In this document: positions 61,576 to 64,000 of the stretch, piece after piece | Position numbering within the stretch: position 1 is the first letter of the stretch | Layout of the letters: every line of letters starts with the position of its first letter | Assembly (NCBI RefSeq): GCF_001194135.2 | Contig: NC_069002.1 | Location: forward strand, 15,079,466-15,143,465 | Reading direction: 5' to 3' | Source: Octopus bimaculoides | Lineage: Eukaryota | DNA: 64,000 nucleotides | Notes under the pieces: generated by a model | What the model was told of the DNA's origin: nothing | What the model saw: the letters and a program-made list of their open reading frames with translations, nothing else | Database searches by the model: none | Program-made: the position numbers and the translations under genes

Positions 61576-62262
61576 TAATAATAATAATAATGATAATAAT
61601 AATAATACCTGTGGTTATTACTAAGGCATCCAAAATTCTCTGTTCTGCTAGCCATACACTGAAGCTTCCAAAAGTAATATCTGAATATTTTTGTGTCATC
61701 TTGACATCACAGTTTATGGACAGTGTATTCTTTGTAGGTACATTCTTTGGTGTATTAGAGAAGTAGTATTTTCCAGATTTTACTTTATATTTATCATTGA
61801 TGTGGAGGGACAATCCCATGGACTTGCTCCAACTAATTTGAAATATTGAGAAATCTCTAATATTTTTGAGTTTAATATAGACTCTCCAAGTATAATGCTC
61901 TGTAGCAACAGTTACAATCAACTTGCTCTTTTTGTAATACATAAACATTCCTGAAGAAGTTGATATATCAGAACCAGTCGACAATATCAAAGAATTTTCT
62001 TGTTGCTTCATGATCTTCATAGAGAATTTCATAGTGAATCCAAAAAGGCATTTGACGCTATTCTTTTTGAAGCATTCAAAGAATTCAGAAAAATAATTTT
62101 CAGTTTGCAGACACTGTCCATTCTTCAAATTAATTGCAAAACCACCTTTCCAGCCATCCACCAAAGAAGGCTTTCCAATGAGTGTCATATTTCCTTGTGT
62201 TGTGGTTAATGTATCACCGATGATGTTTGTAATGTGAACACGTTTCATATCAATCATGTCAG
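1608..62262 (-). CDS. VWDE: Multi-exon VWDE-like giant extracellular protein with tandem ~1000-aa LamG-Ig-VWD-C8-EGF-IPT modules (partial; continues past both window ends)
   Basis: 36 GT-AG exons with compatible phases and no stops. VWD hallmarks: DPH-x-x-TFD, GEFxxYRH, ASCNCxVA, GxCG, W|R. EGF-like: CxxDCNxxGxC, CxCxxxxxGExC. Family assignment is from motif recognition, not a search. Confidence 0.85.
2262..2708 (-). mobile_element. Repeat family B (RTE-type 3' end) with internal 115-bp tandem units
   Basis: (GAT)n tail. Other copies: 427-775 (-), 14439-14716 (-), 16723-16833 (+), 41400-41540 (+), 53150-53365 (+), 59740-60115 (+), 63135-63533 (+). Confidence 0.8.
2899..3303 (-). CDS. Module 3 exon: 135-aa pre-VWD domain
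   Basis: tcgcag|ATT CTA; LVLEEGK...PPSLFC...VKSSIDSLID; AAA|gtaagt. Confidence 0.85.
3386..3600. mobile_element. Mariner-type MITE fragment
   Basis: TA|CGAGGGAGTGCTGAAAAGTTTCTGG mariner-like terminus; second end not seen. Confidence 0.45.
3647..4142 (-). mobile_element. SINE family A (tRNA-derived), spans an N gap
   Basis: A box TGGCTGTGTGG, B box GGTTCAGTCCC, (AAAGAGT)n-type tail. Confidence 0.85.
4247..4632 (-). mobile_element. SINE family A
   Basis: Homology to other copies in the window. Confidence 0.8.
4653..4851. mobile_element. MITE-like element with 35-40 bp TIRs
   Basis: 4659-4693 matches the reverse complement of 4811-4845 at 33/35 positions. Confidence 0.7.
5133..5225 (-). CDS. 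Module 3 exon: 31-aa Cys segment (IQCRVAVCLRENCQGTLG...)
   Basis: ctccag|ATC CAA; GAG|gtaaac; 93 nt. Confidence 0.85.
5836..6212 (+). mobile_element. tRNA-derived SINE family D, full length
   Basis: GGAGGCGCAATGGCCCAGTGG head, GTTTCGATTCC B box; a 3' fragment also lies at 5535-5688. Confidence 0.85.
6710..6924 (-). CDS. Module 3 exon: Ig-like segment (PEITTEPAL...FTCEF...YIVTWWING)
   Basis: ctccag|GA TTG; CAG|gtaaat. Confidence 0.85.
7146..7537 (-). mobile_element. SINE family A
   Basis: Homology to other copies in the window. Confidence 0.8.
7782..8432 (-). CDS. Module 3 exon: LamG/ConA-like domain (651 nt, phase 1-1)
   Basis: ttgcag|CA GAT; LVLDGKNEYLSL...CLFNPNLCSYGITHSF...HLSWSAEAG...PLTIG; G|gtattt. 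Confidence 0.9.
8450..8600. repeat. Degenerate ~27-bp tandem repeat (gaaaatatgcagaaaacataatttaaaat)
   Basis: About 5 copies next to the LamG exon acceptor. Confidence 0.7.
8893..9120 (+). mobile_element. SINE family C, 3' part
   Basis: Reverse-complement homology to 17730-17950. Confidence 0.7.
9937..10051 (-). CDS. Module 2 last exon (EDVCRINDKCYPQG...YCDITFSKTQW)
   Basis: aatcag|GAA GAT; T|gtaaat; 115 nt. Confidence 0.85.
10285..10362. repeat. 78-nt hairpin (32-bp arms, 14-nt loop)
   Basis: 30/32 Watson-Crick pairs. Confidence 0.9.
10410..11500 (+). mobile_element. Degenerate Tc1/mariner-superfamily transposon with TIRs
   Basis: TIRs CAGGGTGGT(C/G)CAAA; TA flanks; relic transposase VVWSDEACFKLSGHVN, FQQxGA, EWLPRSPDLMPMDF with stops and frameshifts. 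Confidence 0.85.
13064..13296. mobile_element. Tc1/mariner-type MITE
   Basis: ~30-bp TIRs (CAGGGTTGGCCAAAAGTCACCTGACAGTAA / TTACTGTCAGGTGACTTTTGGCCAACTGTG) flanked by TA. Confidence 0.85.
13406..13609 (-). CDS. Module 2 exon: IPT-like end (ALCQLP...YYDGNCKTC)
   Basis: ttccag|GAA AAT; CGA|gtaagt. Confidence 0.85.
14098..15175 (+). mobile_element. 5'-truncated RTE-clade LINE (RT C-terminus), interrupted by another repeat at 14439-14716
   Basis: FADDFDLL...VDTFKYLG...WKLAWFGH...GRWKRGRQRK; (gat)n-like tail. Confidence 0.85.
14439..14716 (-). mobile_element. Repeat family B inserted in an RTE LINE
   Basis: Near-identical to 2268-2530. Confidence 0.8.
15263..15658 (-). mobile_element. SINE family A
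   Basis: Homology to other copies in the window. Confidence 0.8.
15829..16255. repeat. 214-bp tandem duplication including an exon 3' end and donor site
   Basis: 15829-16042 vs 16043-16256, 2-3 differences. Confidence 0.9.
16225..16412 (-). CDS. Module 2 exon: EGF end and IPT-like start (CICEKDWFGEDCS)
   Basis: ttctag|GT AAT TGT; AAC|gtaaga. Confidence 0.9.
16723..16833 (+). mobile_element. Repeat family B, 3' 110 bp
   Basis: Reverse complement of ~14439-14555. Confidence 0.8.
16906..17086 (-). CDS. Module 2 exon: C8-like end and EGF start (CINDCNNHGNC)
   Basis: ttacag|CTA ACC; A|gtaggt. Confidence 0.9.
17730..18068 (-). mobile_element. tRNA-derived SINE family C
   Basis: GTGAAGGCACATGGCTCAGTG head. 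Other copies: 37105-37392 (-), 59416-59730 (-), 8893-9120 (+), 43700-43790 (+), 24555-24700 (+). Confidence 0.8.
18170..18325 (-). CDS. Module 2 exon: C8-like region (DVSWPTPSNKT...CIEDVQ)
   Basis: tttcag|GAT GTT; CAG|gtaaga; WPTPS motif typical of VWDE. Confidence 0.9.
18376..18621 (-). mobile_element. SINE family A, 3' half
   Basis: Homology to other copies in the window. Confidence 0.75.
18622..18908 (-). mobile_element. Penelope-like pseudo-LTR fragment with a minimal hammerhead-ribozyme motif
   Basis: CTGAGGA - AGCTTTA...TAAAGCT - GAAACACGTGTA; flanked by (TACA)n on both sides. Confidence 0.55.
19195..19340 (-). mobile_element. SINE family A, 5' half
   Basis: Homology to other copies; may be the other half of 18376-18621. 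Confidence 0.7.
20005..20548. mobile_element. Unclassified interspersed repeat
   Basis: Non-coding, higher-GC block bounded by (AAT)n; no second copy in the window. Confidence 0.3.
20782..20888 (-). CDS. Module 2 exon: linker (...PAKCIAPEEKVHFEFDSNY)
   Basis: tttcag|GA GTA; CCA|gtaagt. Confidence 0.75.
21163..21380 (-). mobile_element. SINE family A, 3' half
   Basis: Homology to other copies in the window. Confidence 0.75.
21600..21737. mobile_element. hAT-type MITE (138 bp)
   Basis: TIRs CACTAGCATAG / CTATGCTAGTG; perfect 8-bp TSD GCTGTTCC (21592-21599, 21738-21745). Confidence 0.9.
22526..23151. mobile_element. piggyBac-type (TTAA) MITE with a SINE-A inserted near its end
   Basis: TTAA|CCATTTAGCA...TGCTAAAGGG|TTAA; body homologous to 39002-39204. 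Confidence 0.75.
22733..23138 (-). mobile_element. SINE family A, full length
   Basis: Intact head and tail; nested in a TTAA MITE. Confidence 0.9.
23214..23392 (-). CDS. Module 2 exon: post-VWD Cys linker (VKRNESLYDGYCP...KKKKGK)
   Basis: ttgcag|A GTG; donor G|gtttgt chosen for phase compatibility, so the 3' boundary is less certain. Confidence 0.75.
25026..25134 (-). CDS. Module 2 exon: VWD end (GLCGTFDDD...FSLSWR)
   Basis: tttcag|GT CTT TGT GGA; AG|gtagtt; 109 nt. Confidence 0.9.
25344..25638 (-). mobile_element. 3' LTR of the Gypsy remnant
   Basis: Polypurine tract aaaaggggaga immediately before TGTTGTA...TACGACA; TATAAATA at 25575-25582. Confidence 0.75.
25686..26510 (-). mobile_element. 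Ty3/Gypsy integrase remnant (K02A2.6-like)
   Basis: PWSQLHIDFAGP...IVVDSYTK...VSDNGTQF...YHPRSNG...FKR with in-frame stops; C-terminal GDKVYVR...W..G segment. Confidence 0.85.
26732..26843 (-). CDS. Module 2 exon: VWD (VYLPTGG...ASAADFEHTV)
   Basis: ccttag|GTT TAC; G|gtgagt. Confidence 0.85.
27044..27378 (-). mobile_element. SINE family A
   Basis: Homology to other copies in the window. Confidence 0.8.
27430..28310. repeat. AT-rich 17-bp minisatellite (tagattatatattatca)n
   Basis: Direct inspection. Confidence 0.9.
28760..29140. repeat. Degenerate (CT)n / CTTATTT compound repeat
   Basis: Direct inspection. Confidence 0.9.
29182..29388 (-). CDS. Module 2 exon: VWD (ASCNCAVAIQSGDDVIVIDRC)
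   Basis: cattag|ATA CAT; ATG|gtaaat. Confidence 0.9.
29747..29810 (-). CDS. Module 2 exon: VWD (FYNNFYEGEFVLYRHTTLPYV)
   Basis: ttccag|A TTT; GTG|gtaaga; 64 nt. Confidence 0.9.
29903..30288 (-). mobile_element. SINE family D, full length
   Basis: Reverse complement of the 5836-6212 type. Confidence 0.85.
30870..31378 (+). mobile_element. RTE LINE 3' end (ORF tail plus 3' UTR, repeat family B)
   Basis: GTCGRGEPRKMWDKVVRKDL...RDQKMW followed by ...ccaacccatgccagc...gatgatgatga tail. Confidence 0.7.
33173..33249 (-). CDS. Module 2 exon: VWD start (LCRSINDPHMTTFDGK)
   Basis: tatcag|GTA ACA; AA|gtaagt; 77 nt. Confidence 0.9.
33320..33545 (-). mobile_element. SINE family E
   Basis: Reverse-complement homology to 45462-45741. 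Confidence 0.8.
34211..34610 (-). mobile_element. SINE family A
   Basis: Homology to other copies in the window. Confidence 0.85.
35469..35627. repeat. 42-bp inverted repeat, 75-bp spacer
   Basis: 35469-35510 vs 35586-35627, 1 mismatch. Confidence 0.9.
35887..36288 (-). CDS. Module 2 exon: 134-aa pre-VWD domain
   Basis: ctttag|CTA AAA; LTIKEGG...PPRLLC...VKAAIDG; AAA|gtaagc. Confidence 0.85.
36463..36858 (-). mobile_element. SINE family A
   Basis: Homology to other copies in the window. Confidence 0.8.
37105..37392 (-). mobile_element. SINE family C
   Basis: Homology to 17730-18068. Confidence 0.75.
37463..38116. mobile_element. hAT (Charlie-like) MITE with nested SINE-A
   Basis: CAGGGTTTCTCAA / CTGAGAACCACTG ends; degenerate 8-bp flanks caatagat / catcggat. 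Confidence 0.55.
37552..37957 (-). mobile_element. SINE family A, full length, young
   Basis: AGGCGCAGGAGTGGCTGTGTGG head; CpGs retained. Confidence 0.9.
38770..38862 (-). CDS. Module 2 exon: 31-aa Cys segment (IYCQVSACVKSNCAATK...)
   Basis: caacag|ATT TAT; GGG|gtaagt; 93 nt. Confidence 0.85.
39002..39204. mobile_element. piggyBac-type (TTAA) MITE
   Basis: TTAA|CCC...TAAAGGG|TTAA; homologous to 22526-22730. Confidence 0.8.
39244..39473 (-). CDS. Module 2 exon: Ig-like segment (EPLKFPERPTIKF...AFCNF...YYVQW)
   Basis: tttcag|AG CCC; AAA|gtgagt; not in the ORF track (no ATG). Confidence 0.85.
40077..40670 (-). CDS. Module 2 exon: LamG/ConA-like domain (594 nt, phase 1-1)
   Basis: ctgcag|AA ACC; CLLNPEHCPLGVTFSF...VQISWSEQFGFSLSIDG; G|gtatgg. 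Confidence 0.85.
40995..41377 (-). mobile_element. SINE family D, full length
   Basis: Homology to other copies in the window. Confidence 0.85.
41583..41697 (-). CDS. Module 1 last exon (KSICTINKECYPRG...CYPEKLPNSWS)
   Basis: ttccag|AAA AGC; A|gtaagt; 115 nt, same length as 9937-10051. Confidence 0.85.
42493..42681 (-). CDS. Module 1 exon: IPT/TIG-like end (IYCKVP...VSVSNNG...YDSKC)
   Basis: tttcag|GAT GGT; AAA|gtaagt. Confidence 0.9.
43812..44201 (-). mobile_element. SINE family D, full length
   Basis: Homology to other copies in the window. Confidence 0.85.
44493..44686 (-). CDS. Module 1 exon: EGF end and IPT/TIG-like start (CVCTGDYTGETC...ISGEGF...LTCRF)
   Basis: cttcag|GA GAA TGT; GCG|gtatgt. 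Confidence 0.9.
45224..45407 (-). CDS. Module 1 exon: C8-like end and EGF start (CTDDCNGNGECVKG)
   Basis: tttcag|ATG ACA; G|gtaaat. Confidence 0.9.
45462..45741 (+). mobile_element. tRNA-derived SINE family E, full length with TSD
   Basis: TGGCGAGCTGGCAGAATCG head, GTTCAAATTCC B box; TSD atatcacacaca (45450-45461, 45742-45753). Partial copies at ~17280-17405, 19830-19992, 49705-49890 and 61080-61250. Confidence 0.85.
45830..46460 (-). mobile_element. Tc1/mariner transposase C-terminal relics (two fragments)
   Basis: WFQQDGATP...EWAPDSPDLNP...YLKDNAYQNKPQTIGELKAAI (46200-46450); SDVHVMSAVDDIF...GIQ plus a mariner-like terminus (45830-46070). Confidence 0.65.
46984..47139 (-). CDS. Module 1 exon: C8-like Cys region (QSGITEDQARGQC...ACVTDIM)
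   Basis: gtccag|GAA CAA; ATG|gtaaat; 156 nt, same length as 18170-18325. Confidence 0.85.
47410..47670. repeat. AT-only low-complexity repeat
   Basis: (tttatatttttaatattt)-like units. Confidence 0.8.
47920..48067 (+). mobile_element. SINE family D, 3' fragment
   Basis: Homology to other copies in the window. Confidence 0.75.
48106..48209 (-). CDS. Module 1 exon: acidic linker (...PRKCLGEESEEFEYDEDY)
   Basis: cctcag|AT ACT; GGG|gtatgt; homologous to 20782-20888. Confidence 0.75.
48300..48685 (-). mobile_element. SINE family A
   Basis: Homology to other copies in the window. Confidence 0.85.
50210..50361 (-). CDS. Module 1 exon: post-VWD Cys linker (LNKTDSLYNGYCP...)
   Basis: tttcag|G TTA; A|gtaagt; homologous to 23214-23392. 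Confidence 0.85.
50465..50620 (-). mobile_element. Probable Penelope-like terminal fragment
   Basis: TTGAAGAGCGTAGGCTCGAAACGTT hammerhead-like relic between microsatellites. Confidence 0.35.
51520..51628 (-). CDS. Module 1 exon: VWD end (GMCGNYDG...FCLAWR)
   Basis: atttag|GT ATG TGT GGT; AG|gtgaga; 109 nt, same length as 25026-25134. Confidence 0.9.
51742..51841 (-). CDS. Module 1 exon: VWD (IHLPTGS...ASPNDFNKTE)
   Basis: ttttag|ATT CAT; G|gtaact; 100 nt. Confidence 0.85.
53554..53745 (-). CDS. Module 1 exon: VWD (ASCNCGVAVQSGDNVILLDRC)
   Basis: tttcag|GTG CAT; GAG|gtaagt; 192 nt. Confidence 0.9.
54240..54720 (-). mobile_element. Very degenerate LINE reverse-transcriptase fragment
   Basis: Residual RLISL...HISKNIMDRIFPTL pattern resembling the RT NYRPISL...K region. 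Confidence 0.4.
54894..55031 (-). CDS. Module 1 exon: VWD start (TDPHVTTFDRKYF...GEFLMYRH), fused relative to modules 2 and 3
   Basis: ctacag|GTG ACA; GCA|gtaagt; 138 nt. Confidence 0.9.
55545..55690 (-). mobile_element. SINE family A, degenerate 5' half
   Basis: Weak homology to other copies. Confidence 0.5.
55833..56140. mobile_element. Mariner-type MITE fragment
   Basis: TA|CAAGGTCTGATCAGTAAGTATC terminus; other end not seen. Confidence 0.35.
56265..56675 (-). CDS. Module 1 exon: 137-aa pre-VWD domain
   Basis: ttgtag|GTA CAT; LTIVEG...PPRMFCP...LKATVDSIKDG; AAA|gtaagt. Confidence 0.85.
58858..58950 (-). CDS. Module 1 exon: 31-aa Cys segment (VFCEIIPCFTFDCANTVGPFRRSKKFVSQLT)
   Basis: ttccag acceptor; ACT|gtaagt donor; same 93-nt length and three-Cys spacing as 38770-38862 and 5133-5225. 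Confidence 0.85.
59416..59730 (-). mobile_element. SINE family C
   Basis: Homology to 17730-18068. Confidence 0.75.
60479..60696 (-). CDS. Module 1 exon: Ig-like segment (218 nt, phase 1-0)
   Basis: ctgcag|AT GAA; DEPTLNAMP...FTCAF...YSVKWYVD; GAG|gtgaat. Confidence 0.85.
61339..61545. repeat. ~207-bp near-perfect palindrome
   Basis: Arms of ~100 bp symmetric about 61442, about 8 mismatches. Confidence 0.95.
61609..62262 (-). CDS. Module 1 exon: LamG/ConA-like domain (654 nt, phase 1-1)
   Basis: tttcag acceptor at 62263; AG|gtatt donor; ORF ...CFKKNSVKCLFGFTMKF...FQISWSKSMGLSLHIN. Confidence 0.85.
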
Positions 62263-62535
62263 CTGAAATAAAAAGAATTTAATTTTAGTAGACATAAATC
62301 ATCATCATCATCATCATAATCAGCATCACCACCATCATCATTTGACATCCATGTTTTGATATGGTTTCTATGGCCTGATACCCTTCCTAATGCTAATCTC
62401 TTCACAGAGTGTACTAAGTACTATATTCTGTGGTACCAGTGTAGTACCAGCATGAGCAACTTTCATGAGGTACTCACACAGGCGCTTTCACTTGGCACTG
62501 GCACAAGCACTTCTTAAGTAACACCAAAATGATAG

Positions 62536-62938
62536 TGGCTATGTGGTAAGTAGCTTCCTTACCAACCACATGGTTCCAGGTTCAGTCCCACTGCATGGCA
62601 CCTTGGGCAAGTGTCTTCTACTATACCCTCAGGCCAACCAAAGCCTTGTGAGTGGATTTGGTAGATGGAAACTGAAAGAAGCTCGTCGTATATATGTATA
62701 TATATATATGTATGTTTGTGTATATGTTTGTGTGTCTGTGTTTGTCCCCCCAACATCGCTTGACAACCAATGCTGGTGTGTTTACGTCCCCGTGACTTAG
62801 CGGTTCGGCAACAGGGCCCGATAGAATAAGTACTAGGCTTACAAAGAATAAGTCTTGGGGTTGATTTGCTCGACTAAAGGCAGTGCTCCAGCATGGCCAC
62901 AGTCAAATGACTGAAACAAGTAAAAGAGTAAAAGAGTA
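62536..62938 (+). mobile_element. SINE family A, the only plus-strand copy
   Basis: gtggctatgtgg...ggttcagtccca...gtaaaagagtaaaagagt. Confidence 0.9.
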
Positions 62939-63134
62939 TAATTAAAGTAAATTAGTTTAATTAAAGATATGTATTAATGATTAGAGGATAAGCTGCTAAA
63001 GAAAAATTCAAATCTGCCACAGATGTTGCATTCCTGATTGCTGTTGTTTAACCCTAGGTCAATGCTAATCCAGCAAATCTCTGATCAGAAGACATTCCAG
63101 CTGTAATCATCATTCTTTTTATATCCATCACGTG

Positions 63135-63533
63135 AAAAGCATGTGAAAAGACATTCGAACGAGATCGTCGCCAGTGTCGATGGACTGGCTCCTGTGCAGG
63201 TGGCACGTAAAATACACCATTTCAAGTGTGGCTGTTGCCAGTAAGACATCTGAGCGAGATCGTTGCCAGTACCGATGGACTGGCTCCTGTGCAGGTGGCA
63301 CATAAAATACACCATTTTGAGCATGGCTGTTGCCAGTACCACCTGACTGGCCTTCATGCGGGTGACACGTAAAAGCACCCACTGCACTCTCGGAGTGGTT
63401 GGCGTTAGGCAGGGCATCCAGCTGTAGAAACTCTGCCAAATCAGATTGGAGCCTGGTGTAGCCATCTGGTTCACCAGTCCTCAGTCAAATCGTCCAACCC
63501 ATGCTAGCACGGAAAGCGGACGTTAAATGATGA
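63135..63533 (+). mobile_element. Repeat family B
   Basis: Reverse-complement homology to 2262-2500. Confidence 0.8.
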
Positions 63534-64000
63534 CAAATTATATATGTGACTTTTTATATTCGCTTCAGTTAAGAAGTTCTAGTGTTATTGAGGGAGAGTC
63601 ACAGTTATTTTTGAATGTTTTATTTTTGAAGGTGATCACCCAGAATTCATTGCTCTTTTAAAAAATTACGATTTATGCATTGTTGTCTCTCAAATATTTA
63701 AAATCTACAATTAAGAGCCCTCTCTACTCGCTGGCGGTACCTACCCACCACCACTACCCATTTTCCTTTATTCAAAAATTCTTATCGCTCCTTAAAATTA
63801 TGGCTTTTAAGTGTTGATTTCTCAGCCCAAGAATTACAGCGTGATGTGCTGCTTGACTGGTCCCCCCTCTCCCTCTCTCTCTCTCTTTATATATATATAT
63901 GATGATGATGATGATGATCTTTTCTCCCGCCATGCCTCTGTCTACCCCTCCATCCCCCTTCGTAGTTTTTCCTTTAAGGTCTTCAGGTTCTGGCTATATA

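Overview
This is AT-rich, microsatellite- and SINE-dense eukaryotic DNA with short N gaps. The repeat landscape looks like an octopus (coleoid cephalopod) short-read assembly; that is an inference from the repeat families, not a database result. The whole window lies inside one large minus-strand gene, open at both ends. I could splice 36 coding exons by eye (all GT-AG, phases compatible, no stops, 7468 nt, about 2490 aa). They encode a VWDE-like extracellular protein (von Willebrand factor D and EGF domain-containing) built from tandem ~1000-aa modules: LamG/ConA-like jelly roll, Ig-like segments, VWD, Cys-rich C8-like region, EGF, IPT/TIG-like region, Cys linker. Two modules are complete (62262-41583 and 40670-9937) and the first half of a third runs from 8432 to 1608. 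The introns hold at least four tRNA-derived SINE families, RTE LINE pieces, a Gypsy remnant with its 3' LTR, Tc1/mariner relics, hAT and piggyBac-type MITEs and Penelope-like fragments with hammerhead-like motifs. Highlights: a full-length U6 snRNA fused to a SINE 3' end inside a short TSD; a roughly 15:1 strand bias of one SINE family whose antisense strand carries a ready-made poison exon; a precise intron absence in one module; a ~200-bp near-perfect intronic palindrome; and a sense-strand hammerhead relic.
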